Shown here one piece after another: positions 37,600-50,889 of a stretch of DNA of 64,000 nt. The stretch lies in assembly GCA_030390025.1 (NCBI GenBank), contig CM059443.1, forward strand, positions 19,902,001-19,966,000. Reading direction: 5' to 3'. The DNA is from Squalus acanthias. Lineage: Eukaryota. Both the position numbers and the translations under genes were made by a program. Positions within the stretch are counted from its first letter, which is position 1. Every line of letters begins with the position of its first letter. The notes under the pieces were generated by a model, which did no database searches, was not told where the DNA came from, and saw only the letters and a program-made list of their open reading frames with translations.

Positions 37600-38025
37600 A
37601 CCTCAACAACCTGAGCCAGAAGGTTATGCTTTCAAGCCCCACTCCAGGACTTGAGTTCATAATGTGACCTGATGCCCCAATCCAATACTGAGGTGGTGCT
37701 TCATTGTTGGAGGTGTTGTACTGTGGTTGAGATGTTAAACTGAGGCCTGTCTGCCTAATTGAGTGGACATTAAAGATCTCATGATACTGTTCAAAGAAGA
37801 GCAGAGAGTTCTCTTAGTGTCCTAGCCAACATGGCTCCCTCAACCAACACCACCACAAATAGATTAACTGGTCATTCATCTCATTGAAGTTTGTGAAACC
37901 TTCCCATGTGCAGATTGGCTGATGCGTTTGCCTATATGACTGCATTTCAAAAGTAATTCATTTGTAGCACTTTGTGACTTTCCTCAGAGAAATGCCGAGT
38001 TCCTATGTGAATGTACATCTTTTTT
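37600..38025 (+). mobile_element. DeuSINE (SacSINE1-like), decayed
   Basis: cctgagccagaaggtt..ttcaagccccactccagg head, and Deu-domain blocks tactgagg..gagatgttaaactgaggcc..aaagaagagcag..ccctcaaccaacacc. Confidence 0.85.
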
Positions 38026-39219
38026 TCTTCATCAGATCACACTTGGGCTCTCTGGTTTTCATGTTAAACCAATGCCCACCCCTTATTGAATAATGTTAAT
38101 ACTGGTTTTGTATATTTTACTTTTATTGACATCACATTAATTTTTTTATCTTCCTCTAAAATAATAGAGGAAGATAAGAGAACATTGCTGCGTAGGATCA
38201 TTAGTTTTATTTGTTTACAGAAAGCACTGTAAATGGCCACCCTGTCTCCCACCTGTCTGTTGTTCTCTGTTTACTTAATTGCATTTTACTGTTTTTTTAA
38301 TGTAGTGTATTATAACCTCGATGCAGGTTGGAAATGTTTAGCAAACAAGTGACAATCTCTTGCCAAGTACTGAAAAGGAAAGAATCTCCCAGTGACCTTC
38401 ATGGTATTTTTTTCATGAGTTTTGTTGACTAACAGATCAGGAAGGAATTTGTCAAACAGAAATAATTTCTTATTTCATTAAACTGACCAAGAGAAATCTG
38501 ATTTTATCTAATGTGTTTGTGACGACTTCAGGGAACAGATGGACAGATGTTTATTCCTGGAAATTGTTGGGAAGCAGCATCTGTAGATGATTCAGACTGC
38601 ATTCACAATACAGTGATAGCAGTTTCGCTTCAAATCGATGCTGCAGTTATAATGTAACTTTGCGTTGCAGTCAGTTCAAGCTTTAACACAAAATCTACAC
38701 TGCACAAGTTCAGTGTCACTGTCTGGCCAAAACCACTTTGCACCGACACTAGACCAGGCCACTATGTGACACAACCTTTTTTGTACAATGTACAGTGATG
38801 AAGTAAAACCGTAAATCATGTTTCTCAGTTGACGTTTGTCATCGGACCATGAGCAGTAATTTTGTTGTTACGGATGATGTCCATGGGTTAATGGCGCTGG
38901 AATACATAACCTCCCCCCCCCCCCCACCCCCTGCCACATAGTAATTTTTCCCCATCATGTGTTTCTGCATTCCTCTGAAATTAGGTGAAAACACTGTCCT
39001 CTGCATGTTGCATTCTGGGAGAAATTCATATTCCAGTTTCCAAATTGGACTACAGATCCCAGAGTGCCTTGAGAGCTGAGCATAATCAGTCATGAGTAGA
39101 AAGAGAAGGTGACGAGAAGCCTCAAATCTAGGAACAACATCCACCTGCATTGTCCCATGGAATTTAGGATAGGCTGCCGATTAATTCTATTGTTCAACCT
39201 AACTTTCTCCAGGTCCTAT

Positions 39220-39345
39220 AAAAAGCACAAAAAACTGCAAATGCTGGAAGTCTGAAACAATAATAGAAAATGCTAAAATCACGCAGCAGGCCAGTCAGTG
39301 AGCCCTAAGTTAATGATTCAGGCATCAAGCCCTTTGCCTGAACTG
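39220..39345 (-). mobile_element. Decayed Penelope-like terminal fragment
   Basis: aaaactgcaaatgctggaagtctgaaacaataatagaaaatgct..cagcagg aligns with 28198-28322. Confidence 0.7.
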
Positions 39346-39497
39346 AAAACATTAAGGATGAACAAGTATTTAAATACACCAGAACAAAGCGGAGGGGTAG
39401 GATAATAAACACAAGAAAAGTAAAATTGGTGACCTATAACCTGCTTAACAGAAAAACAGGAGATGGTAAGCTGTTTGAGATGGTCTTCACATCTGAC

Positions 39498-39572
39498 CAT
39501 TGGCTATAAAGCGCTTTGAGACGTCCGGTGGTCGTGAAAGGCGCTGTAGAAATGCAAGTCGTCTTCTTCTTC
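39498..39572 (+). mobile_element. DeuSINE 3' tail fragment
   Basis: cattggctataaagcgctttgagacgtccggtggtcgtgaaaggcgctgtagaaatgcaagtc followed by (ttc)n; it is the reverse complement of the 7370 copy. Confidence 0.85.
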
Positions 39573-39951
39573 ATAGCGCCTTTCATGACCTTGGGACAAC
39601 CAAAGTGCTTTACAGCAAATGAAGTACTTTTTGAAGTGTAGTCACTGTTGTAATGTAGGAAGCATGGCAGTCAATTTGTTCACAGTAAGCTCCCGCTAAC
39701 AGCAATGTGATAATGGGCAGCTAATCGGTTTTAGCGGTGTTGGTTGAGGGATATAAATGTTGGCCAGGTCACCAGAGATAACTCCCTTGTTCTTCTTCGA
39801 AATCGTGCCATGGGATCTTTTACGTCCAGCTGGGAAGGCAGGCGTGGGCCTCGGTTTAAAGTCTCATCCAAAAGATGGCACGTCCGACAGTGTAGCACTC
39901 CCTCACTACTGTACCGGAGTGTCGGCTTGGATTTTGTGCTCATGTCTCTGG
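39573..39951 (-). mobile_element. DeuSINE (SacSINE1-like)
   Basis: gtgccatgggatcttttacgtcca..ggcctcggtttaaagtctcatccaaaagatggcacgtccgacagtgtagcactccctcactactg. Confidence 0.92.
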
Positions 39952-40097
39952 ACATTAGAGAAGCAAAGAATGTGTGAATAGTACTGGGGGAGGGGAGACA
40001 GGTTGACATGTGGAGCAGAGACCCTTCATCAGATTACAGAGCTGGCATTGTGTCTGTGTCCTGGTAGTGGCCTGCTTTTATTCTCTTTTCTACAGAT

Positions 40098-41860
40098 ACA
40101 ACAACAACTTGTATTTATATAGCGCCTTTAACATAGTAAAAGGTCCCAAGGCACTTCACAGGAGTGTTATAAGTCACAAAATTTGACACCGAGCCACATA
40201 AGGAGAAATTAGGGCAGATGACCAAAAGCTTGGTCAAAGAGGTAGTTTTTAAGGAGTGTCTTAAAGGAGGAAAGAGAGGCGGAGAGGTTTAAGCAGGGAA
40301 TTCCAGAACTTAGGGCCTAAGCAACAGAAGGCACGGCCACCAATGGTTGTGCGATTATAATCAGGGATGCTAAAGAGGGCAGAATTAGAGGAGCGCAGAT
40401 ATCTCAGGGGGGGTGTGGCGGTGGGGTTGTGGGGCTGGAGGAGATTAAAGAGATAGGGAGGGGTGAGGCCATGGAGGGATTTGAAAACAAGGATGAGAAT
40501 TTTGAAATCGAGGCGCTGCTTAACCGGGAGCCAATATATGTCAGCGAGCACAGGGGTGATGGGTGAACGGGACTTGGTGCGAGTTAGGACACGGGCAGCC
40601 GAGTTTTGGATCACCTCAAGTTTACGTAGGGTAGAACATGAGAGGCCAGTCAGGAGTGTGTTGGAATAGTCAAGTCTAGAGGTAACAAAGGCATGGTTGA
40701 GGGTTTCAGCAGCGAATGTGCTGAGGCAAGGGTGGAGACGGGCGATGTTACTGAGGTGGAAATAGGCGGTCTTAGTTATGCTGTGGATATGTAGTCGAAA
40801 GCTCATTTCAGGGTCAAATATGACACCAAGGTTGCAAACAGTGTGGTTCAGCCTCAGACAGATGTTAGGGAGAGGGATGGAGTCAGTGGCTAGGGAACAG
40901 AGTTTGTGGCGGGGGCCGAAAACAATGGCTTCGGTCTTCCCAATATTTAATTGGAGAAAATTTCTGCTCATCCAGAACTGGGTGTCGGACAAGCAGTCTA
41001 ACAATTTAGAGACCGTGGAGGGGTTGAGGGAAGTGGTGGTGAGGTAGACCTGGGTGTCGTCTGTGTACACGTGGAAACTGATGGTTTGTTTTCAGATGAT
41101 GTCGCCCAGGGGCAGCGTGTAGATGAGAAATAGGAGGGGGCCAAGGATAGATCCTTGGGGGACACCAGAGGTAACGATGCGGGAGCGGAATGAGAAGCCA
41201 TTGCAGGTGATTCTCTGGCTACGATTAGATGGATAAGAATGGAACCAGGCGAGTGCAGTCCCACCCAGCTGGACGACGGTGGAGAGGCATTGGAGAAGGA
41301 TGGAGTGGTCAACCGTGTCAAAGGCTGCAGACAAGTCAAGAAGGATGAGGAGGGATAGTTTACCTTTGTCACAGTCACAAAGGATGTCATTTGTGACTTT
41401 GATGAGAGCCGTTTCGGTACTGTGGCAGGGGCGGAAACCTCATTGGAGGGATTCAAACATGGAGTTGCGAGAAAGATGGGCACGGATTTGGGAGGCGACA
41501 ATGCGTTCAAGAACTTTGGAGAGGAAAGGGAGGTTGGAGATGGGATTGTAGTTTCCAAGGATGGAGGGGTTAAGGGTTGATTTTTTTTGAGGAGAGTGGT
41601 GATGATGGCAGATTTGAGGGAGAGGGGGTCAATACCTGAGGAGAGAGAACCGTTAACAATGTCAGCTAACATGGGAGCCAGAAAAGGAAGTTGGGTGGTC
41701 AGCAGTTTGGTGGGAATAGGGTCGAGGGAGCAGGAAGTGGGTCTCATGGACAAGATGAGTGCGGAGAGATCATGAGGGGAGATCGGAGAGAAACGAGAAA
41801 GATGTGAGTTCAGGGCTAGGGCAGGAGGGAACCTTAGAGGAAGTTAGACCCGGTGGGCTA
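40098..41860 (-). mobile_element. 5'-truncated L2 LINE with broken RT
   Basis: ORFs give [71 protein letters not shown]; (ACA)n tail. Confidence 0.97.
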
Positions 41861-43024
41861 GGGGATACTTCCTCCCTTGTGTACTGTTGCACCCCTGGGC
41901 CATTCCTTGGTTGCACAATTAAACCAAAAAGTTAATATTTCACTCTGGGGTAGGCCTGATATTACTGAAGGGAAGTTGTGATGCACAGGTGTTAGGACAG
42001 GTACATTGCAATGGAGGAGGACGAGAGAGCTCAGAGCAGACGGCTTAGGGGTTGCATGATTTGAAGCATTTGCTGCCCCACACAGTGGGTGCACTGCAAC
42101 ATGACTGTATCTTAAATTTTGAGCCCAGTGCCTCTCTAGGAGCAGTGGGAGCATTCACGAGAAATGTTCTTGCTGTGCTAATGGTCTGTGTAACGGAACT
42201 CTCCACTGCAGATGCTGCTCATGTTATCAAAATGGCAAGTGGAAGATTACTGTGTGTACAACTGGTATTCCATGATATCACTGATAGGAGATGCCAGTAC
42301 GTATATGGGCATTGAATCCTCCCACAAACTACCCGTGCCACTTTCTAGTGCAATATATATGCAGGCAAGTAAGTCCACATCGTATTCCTGCTCTAGCAGT
42401 CTCCATTTGAAAACAAGCCCACTAAAGCCTGTAGACCCATTAAGTTTACTAGGGGCACTCAGTATATTGAACCAACACCATTTAACAGCTAGTTTCTTCA
42501 ACTGCTTTCACTGCCACCCTTGTTCAGCAAGGCTTGGTATCTTAGCTTATGCTTCCCCAGCCTCTTCATCACGTATCTGACCTATAGTATGTGTATCTAT
42601 GCTTGTGCCTGCTTCATGTTGTATGGTAACCATTAATGTTCAGGGATGTAATTCTCTTTGAATGTGGCAGGTGGTCCATTGGGTTCTCCTTGCTTTGTGG
42701 AAAGAGCAGATGCTAATTTATGAGTACATTTATCCATGTTGGGCCTGTATTATTACACATACTATTATGCACTTATAATCAGTGTATATGGATATATTGA
42801 TGTACGCTATCGTATCAATGGAAATTCCTTCTTGCATTCCCATCATGGCATATGTAATGTGATTTGCATAACCCTGCTACTTAACTTCCAGTACTTGCTA
42901 CATCCTTGCTAGCGTTGCTCTGTGCCAGTACAGTGTTGTTTGTATATATTTTGAACAGCCACTGCTTTCCTTCATGTTTGTGTAGGTCCTGTGCTGCTAC
43001 TTTACAGCAAAATCCATGCCTCAC

Positions 43025-43250
43025 CTTTTTGCTTTTTTAAAAGTCAATGCAACCTCTTCTGGGCACATAGCCAGGTCCTCTGAGCAGTGAAATGGAGTTC
43101 ACTCTGTCACGACATATTGACTTGCTTAACACGGCTGTTGCATTTTTAACGTCCTGTCCTCTCATACCAAAAACGTGCTCGCATGCTCCATACCACAAGT
43201 TACCAGCATTTACCAAACAATGTCATTAAACCGGGATGATCTCCTGCGTT
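43025..43250 (-). pseudogene. Highly degraded Myb/SANT-like (Harbinger ORF2-type) remnant
   Basis: Minus strand reads RRSSRFND..MLV..EHASTF..RVNSI/TAQRTWLCAQKRLH*L followed by AAG|gtgagg, resembling the RxPRFSD..LV..VLFG..RVN..RTWxQCRKRFNDL pattern. Confidence 0.5.
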
Positions 43251-46200
43251 GTTCAGCCTTTTGCTACAAAACCTCCGTGGTCTGTATTTCGATTCACTAA
43301 CGGCTCAGCATCGATATGGTTAAGTGGCTTTTTTAGCAACTAGAGAACTGTTAAAGCATTGTTATTACATCGTGCTTGGCTCATAGCAGACACGCATCCA
43401 TGTGCACAGAGTGGGTGGCGGGGCGGGGTGGCGGGGTGGCGGAGGCGGAGGAAAGCAGGTAATTCAGGAATTTGGAGTGGGGCACAAAGGCCGACATGAC
43501 TCAAAAATCTGAGGGTGGTACATCTCACTCATTCTACCTGCTCTCCCCCACCCCAGTGGTTCTGTTTATAGCTGCTAGTTTTTTGCTGCCACTAATAAAA
43601 TCGTTTTTGCAGTCATTGCACGTTTCAAAGCTCTATGTTCCCGCCATTTCATTACCAGTTTGTTAGTTATGCTGAAAAACAGGCCACTTGTGAAAATGGT
43701 GGTGTTGTCAACTCAAATTTCAGCTGAGGAAAATACAGCACATCTCCTGAGAGTGTCTGTAATGATGCCAAGTCATCCCCAGTCATGTCTGAGAGGCTGT
43801 TTGGAAACTCATCAGGATTCAGAATTGTCCACAATTGCGATGTCACAGGTCATGTGGTCGCCACTATGGGCCTTGGCCCTTTCTCCACCTTGTCTCAATT
43901 AAAAGAAAACGTTAGTGTGGCCGACTTGTGAAGTGGAACAACTACAGGATAAAGTTGGCAAGTGCGATTTCCCATAACGTTGGCAGGAGAACAGTGGAAC
44001 TCGAGGGAAATGGCGGAGACCCAGTTGTGCTGGCTCTCTGACATTACCGCGACCTTCACATACGCTTTGTAAGGGGTGGAACCTCTGCACGCCCCTTACA
44101 AGGCAAATGTCATCGGGGGCAGGGAGTCTTTAGGTCAGGAGTTCCTGCTACCCGGACTCAGTCAGAACATGACGTATCTCTGGAGGTTGGTATGCTGAGT
44201 GAGTTGAGGCATGCTGGCTCCCAGATGGGCAAAAGTTGGTCCACTGGAGAAACAACCTGAAACCGCCCCCCCCCCCCCGCCCTAAGAAAAGGCTGAATTT
44301 CTTTTTTTTTTAAACTGCACATTTTCTCTCTCATACAGACAGCTGAGGGGGACAAGGCCATGGTTGGGGCAGAGGGTGGGGTGGGGGGGGGGAGAGAGGA
44401 TTTTCAGACTTCACGGAGCGTGCGGGCGCTGGGCATGCGCCTGCAGTAGCACTTGTGCCCGCCTGCCCCGTGGAAGTAAAGTGCCCTCCCACTGACCCTG
44501 CAAACTCCGGCAGGGTCAGTGCTGGAGGGCTCCAGCGAGCACAATCCCGGTGTAACTGCTAGGATTATATCCAAGTAGCTTTGGGGCTACACTGTCCTTT
44601 TATTGCCTATTTAGTCAGCAATAAGTCTACACTGTGCAGTAGTATGGAACACCTTCATCTTTGGCAGTTTGCATATTGACCTGTGCCAACCCTGGAGGGT
44701 CAGAATGTGCTCGCACGATGGCATTGGTTCTTTTCTCATGCAGACTGGAAGCAGATGCGATAATTAACCTCAGCTGTGCTCTCTTCCTCTGCTGTTATTT
44801 CAAATTAATTTCGACAACTGGGACAACAGGAGTTGCCTTTACAAATCACATAAGAGCACGAATGTTAAAACCACCTAAAGCATGAATCTCTTGAGAATAA
44901 TTGTCCACCAAATGATGGCTATGCTAAACGGGGCACATTCAGAGGATTCATTTATAAATGCACCTCACATTCCCAAAACAACACACAGCCTTTAATCACG
45001 TTTTACTATTCTGTAAATGGAAAATTTGCAATTCATATGATTCTGATTTGTTGTAATTTTGCAGATGAAGGACTGCCTTAGTGTAGTGGGGGAGAGTCCA
45101 ACCTATTCAAGTTTTTCCTGATCTCTCACTTGCTTTCTCTTGTGTTTCTGGTAAGTTGGGAGGGTTGGTAACTTGGATTGCTCCAGGGGTATTTTAGCTC
45201 CCAGGGCCTCATTTAAATCCGGTCAGGCAACTTCCCACCTGTTCCGACGGGAAGGTCAGCAGGAAAATTGCGTGGCCTAGAGGCCACCTACCAAGACCTG
45301 GTAGGTGGCGGGATAAAAAGTCAGCTTCCATCCGTTGAAAATGATTGGCTGAGACTGCACAAGTTCATGAAATGTGCTCCTGCCTTGCGCCGGGGTGCAA
45401 AGGCGGAATTTTTACCCCTTAGTTCTCCAGCAGTCATTTGCCCCCATCTAATAACGCACCTGTGAAAAGGTTGAAAAATGAACCTGTGCAGCAGGCAGGC
45501 CTGGGAGTTTGACGCTGAGCTGATTCAGTGTGTCAGCATACTGATGTTACGATGCTGCGTTGCATCGTGACAAGCACTCTGACACACTGAACTAGGTCAA
45601 TGTCTTCAACAGGCCACTGGAGGAGGCATTTGGCCTGACAGCAGAGCCAATGACCCACAATACTTGCGTCTGCACTGTCATCGGGTCTACAGAGGGCAGG
45701 GTCATTTACTTTGAGGCGTGCCTTCGACAGCAGGAATGTTGCATGTTTGCCTCAGCAGCACTCCAGTCAGGCAAAAGTGCCTTGTGTAGTGTTAATGTAC
45801 CATTCTATACCCTGTAACTGGCGTGAAAAGGCTAACAAAGTGGCTAAGCACAGAGCTTCAAAGCATACAAAGGAAAACCAAACCAAGTAAAGGGCTTTTA
45901 AGCACATTTTACAAAAGATCAAAGAAAATACATCACTAATTGACCTGTAATGCGTTCAAGTACTGACCAGGCCAGATGCAAAGGGCATGTCAAGCAAGTG
46001 GAACAATAGAAGCTACTTGAGTTTGTCAATTTTCATACCATGGCTGTGGTCTCTATAGCCATGGTATGACATTCCTTGGACAGGATATTTTTAGTATGGA
46101 AAGTACGGAAAGCACTAACACAGGGCCCATTTAAAAGACTCAAAACACTCAGTAACCATTCCTGGCACACACTGAAATTCAGTCGATCACGTACTTTTCC

Positions 46201-47166
46201 TGTGCTCTTGGGCAATGCTGCAACTGATCCTTTGCTGGATTGGCAAATACTTCAGACAGAAGGAATAGCCAGATTTTCACCTGTATTTACTTAATGGAGT
46301 ACTATAAGTCTCAGTGATACATGATTTATTTTATCATAAACAGATGAAGTATAGTTGGTGTAGATTTTACATAACCTCACACATTCATAATGCGATGGGT
46401 CAAATCTGAAGGAATTCAGTGGAGCAGTCTTGGGCCTTTTGTTAGCACCCAGTGTAAACCTGTTATGTGGGGCAGGCTACCGACTTATTTCTTGGGAACT
46501 TACTATATGTTTACTGCCAACTGAAGCTATTTTTATATTGATCTTTGGCTGCTGGCTCCTGTAGCCTGTTCTTTACTGGATCTTTCTGACTGCTGCCAGT
46601 CTTCGTGGGACAGTAAATATGCTGCTCTGGCAACAGCAGCGATCGTTGGTGATGTCACGCTTCAGCCTCATGACGACATTGCACATACCACTAAAACCAG
46701 TCTGTGCACATGCAGAGATGTGGGCCTGCAACATTGCAGCCAGTTTACGTAAAGACCAGCAGTGTATTAGAAAGATAAATGCAGGAGACCGGCGCAGTTA
46801 GTTCACTTTCTCAAGACCCAGCCCTTGATTTATTCCAAGCACTCTTTACCAATGCTTGCTTAACAGCAGAAAATGTTGCTCCCTACAGGGATGGTCCTAT
46901 TAGGAACATTTTTGTGTTGTGATTTGTAAAACCACAGTAATTATGCCTTGTACTTTTCTAGAATCAAAATAAATTTAAACCAGAGGTGAAAACTAGCAGT
47001 TACCCTGTGAGCCTATGGTTACAACATAATTAGGTTCAGATGTTGGCAATCTGTTTATATATCACTTGTAGGAATCTCATTCCAACGACAAATATCCACT
47101 CATGTCCACATATTAAAAAGTGGTCTTGAACTTGGTGGATTTTTACTGTGATGCTACTCAGAACTC

Positions 47167-47493
47167 CATGTAGTTAACATGTGCTGTAACATGTTATGCT
47201 TTTAACACAGATCTTCATGTAGTTAACATGTGCTGTAACATGTCATGCTTTTAACACAGATCTTCATGTAGTTAACATGCTGTAACGTCATGCTTTTAAC
47301 ACAACTCATGTAGTTAACATGTGCTGTAACATGTCATGCCAATAACACAGATCTTCATGTAGTTAACATGTGCAGTAACATGTCATGCTTTTAACACAGA
47401 TCTTCATGTAGTTAACATGTGCTGTAACATGTCATGCTTTTAACACATCTTCATGTTGTTAACATGTGCTGAGCCATAGCACAATTTTAACAC
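47167..47493. repeat. 49-bp minisatellite, about 6.5 copies
   Basis: Unit catgtagttaacatgtgctgtaacatgtcatgcttttaacacagatctt starts at 47167, 47216, 47265 (shortened), 47307, 47356, 47405 and 47452 (partial). Confidence 0.97.
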
Positions 47494-48389
47494 GTAAAGA
47501 TTGTGTCTGTCCGCCACAGGGGAGAAGAATTGAATGGGTTTGTTTATGCTACAAGTAGTAATGAGTTTGACTTGTGTTTCAAACATATTTTGGCAGGTCA
47601 CCCAATCTAAGTAACCCGACTGATTAACAAAGTAAAGAAGTAAATTATCCTGCCCGTAATCTAAACTAATGGTTATGACACACCAACAGATAATGAGTAA
47701 ACATTTTTTACTTGGAAAAATTTCTCGGAAGTAATAATGATCATTGCGATATTGTATCACAGTGCTTAAATGTCCAAGATGCTAAAATCCGCAGTAAAAT
47801 TCCCACAAATTTAGATTCTATTGCTGTGGACTCCCACGGAATAACTCCAGAGACCTACCTTTTAAGACGAATCACAGCTCCAACAACAATATTGATACGT
47901 GGGTTGGCCAGTCGAAGTATCTAGAACATTCCACCATCCTTTACTTTTATCTTGAAGCCCAACTGAAAACACTCATCATGTGAATGGTAGGCAGGTTGGG
48001 CCATGTTACATGTTTTATTTGTGTAATGTCACTAGATAATATTTACAATATTAATATTAACTGTTAATTAGGTAATGTGTGGAAATGTATTGAAAACATT
48101 GGGAAAGCTTAGAGATGTACATCAGTCACAATTTTTAAATAAGAATTTTCTGTCATCTTCTTGTACTGCAAATAGATGATCTTGCAAAAATGAAGCAGTG
48201 TTCTTTGATGAGATAGTGGTGGAGAAATAACAGATATCTGATTGCCCACTTAAATTGCATTTCTTGCCACCTGAGCACAGCATAGCATTAACACCAGCCA
48301 TGGAGAAGTTGGTATGAATTACATAGAATTTACAGCACAGAAGACCCTTCTGTTTTCCCACCCAATTCAGGGTGACCTGTCTGAATGGA

Positions 48390-49040
48390 ACAAGATAGTC
48401 GGCATGGATTTAGCAAAGGTAAATCATGCCTGATGAACCTATCTAATTCTGTGAGGATGTTGCAACTGTGGGTACGGAGATGCAGTGGGTTTAATTGGAC
48501 TCCCAGAAGATGTTTAATCATGTTACTCATAAGAAACTTATTGCAAATATAAAGACAAATGCAAGTGAAAGCGATGTAAAAGATAGATCAGTTGTTGGGG
48601 ATTAGAAGGCATGAAGTGGGTTCTAAATGGGAATCGTGGGGATAGGTGTCTCAGTGGTAGTTTGATGCCTAAAAATGTATCTGACAAATTGTGTAGGATA
48701 TCAAACTGTGAGGAAAAGTTGTGCACTTGTACATAACATTAATAAGTGGCCTTCAATATTGAAAAGTGCGACATTATGTATATTAACTGAGGCAATATTA
48801 ATTATGAGCACAAAAGAGAAATCTTAGAGAAATTGAAACATGGATGTTTGCTAAAACTATTACAACAGTGTAATGCTGCAATTAAGAATGCCTGTATAAT
48901 TTTAATTTTAAAATAACTTTTAAGTAGAAGTAAAGGGAGATATTTTATCTGCACAATGATTTAGTTAATTAGTACATTGTGTCCAGTTTTGATGTATGGA
49001 GAAAACTAGAATGATTCCAGGACTCAGAAATTGAAACTGT
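48390..49040 (+). mobile_element. Old CR1 RT fragment
   Basis: DSRHGFSKGKSCLMNL, D-QKMFNHVTHKKL, FNIEKCDIM, QLVHCVQF. Confidence 0.7.
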
Positions 49041-50889
49041 ATTGTGATTAAATGAAAGGAAAATGGTTTGAAATGTGGTGCAAGTCTGAGGCAATAACAG
49101 AGTGGTGTGGAGTGTAGAGGAACAGGGCTTGAGTGGTCTTCACTCATTCCTTGATTCTTTCTGAAAGCATGGTAGCCGTCTCTCAGCTTGTTAGTTGCTG
49201 CTCTTACCATAAAAATGTTCAGACCTTTTCTGATTTATTAGATTAATTTTAAACAAGGTTAGACCTCCCACACACAAAGTTTCCTTTTAATTTGCCAGAA
49301 ACTTTAAGACATTGGGAAAAATTGTAATGAATTAAAGGTGTTGTATATAATCTGCCTTTTTTTTTAACTTGGTGTATGAACAATACTTTTGCAGCATTTG
49401 AACTGAATGTATAAACATCAGTATATTGGGTATAACCTGGCATGGTTTTATTTTTCTAAACCAACTTAATGGAGATCAAAATGAATGCATGAAATTAGCT
49501 GAACCATCAGAGTCAGTGAAGTAAGACAAGGGGCACTTGTGTAAAGTAGATATTTAATTGTTTTGTAATCTATTCCAAAAAGAGATGCTGTTTCTGCAAC
49601 AAGACTGCCACTGGAGTAGAAATGCAGTGTAACATAAGCTGCTTTATCACCTACCTTTTTTTTCATTAGTGCGCAGTTTTGCTGGTAGGTGTAAGTGAGA
49701 GCCAGCTAATTGCTGTAAAGATGCTGGGTTTAAGCCAGAGTTGTAACAGTAACTTACCCTTGGAGATTTGGGGGCGAGGTTTCAATGCTTTCGGGAAACA
49801 AACCAACATTTTCTTTCAGCTACATTGCCAGCACAGTATTGTACATTATATCAAAGTATGTCATATGATTTCAATTTAAAAGCACAGCAGAAGTTTGTAG
49901 TCATCTTCAAATATTTGCCAAAAAAAACTTGCCCGAATAAAAACTGTGTTCTTGAAGCGTGCTTCCACGGCGAATCCTTGCTACATTTTAGGGAACGTTT
50001 GGTTCCCGATTCATGCTAATTCCCATTTTGTTTTTTTTAAAGAAATGTTTGTTAAGTGGTTGAATCAGGAATTGCAATCTATATTGCTAAGCTTTACACT
50101 AACTAGGGATCCTCTTGGGGTCTGATAAAAACACTTTTTTTGTGGGGGGTGGGTGGTTGAGTTCCTTGGGTGTTGGTCCTTCCTTTCAGATGTGGGGTGT
50201 TTGGGACACTTTATCTGTCCTTTCTCTGTCCCTCACTAACTGAGGCATGAAGCATTATTGGCGCCTGAGGTGTGTAGGAATCTACAAGGCATGTTCCTAG
50301 CAGTCATGTAGTTCTCAGTTACAGAAAGGGGTTAAGTTTTATCTTTGTCCAACCTCCGTGGCAGCAGGACTAATAGCAGTAGGCAGTACAGGGCTTAATC
50401 AGAAGTTTATCTGGTTGTGTAGCATGGAATTATTTGCAATGGGTTATCCATAGAGACAGTAACTTGACTGCGGTGAAATCAGAAATAAAATAAGATTTTC
50501 ATTTCATCAACTCTGCAGGAATGGGCGCTACACTTTACACCAGGGGTTTCTGTTGTCACATAGAGAGTTGCTCAGTGGGTAATTTAATGAACTGTTCACT
50601 TTACATTTTAACAAAATATTGCAAAACCCCTGCTTCTGTCACCTATGGAACTGTGCTCCAGCATGAATTATCACCTTCAAGAGCAATGCGGAGATAATTG
50701 AGGGGAGGAGCAAGCCTGCATACACACTTACCTCAGTCCTATGGAATTCTGACACCAACATGGCAGTGAATATGTCGCAGAGCAGTCGTGGCCTAATCTC
50801 TGCAGCTCCAGTGCTTACTTCACCTTGCAAAGGTTTGTTTGTGAATGGGCATAGCTGAAGCATAATTGTGCCCAATGTTGTGCTGTATG

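Noticed and set aside
40998-41775. Long alternative-frame and antisense ORFs over the L2 as novel proteins
   Set aside because: They are frameshift run-through and antisense shadows of L2 ORF2.
42247-42600. Restriction-like endonuclease of a Hero/R2-type retroelement
   Set aside because: Only vague resemblance (GSTGFSG). The PD..ELTVPWE core is not recoverable, and a Harbinger ORF2 remnant explains the neighbourhood better.
45065-45156. + strand exon (ttttgcag..ctg|gtaagt)
   Set aside because: All three frames contain stops, and nothing beyond the splice-like words supports it.
47167-47493. CRISPR array
   Set aside because: Head-to-tail tandem units without unique spacers, no cas genes, and a eukaryotic context.
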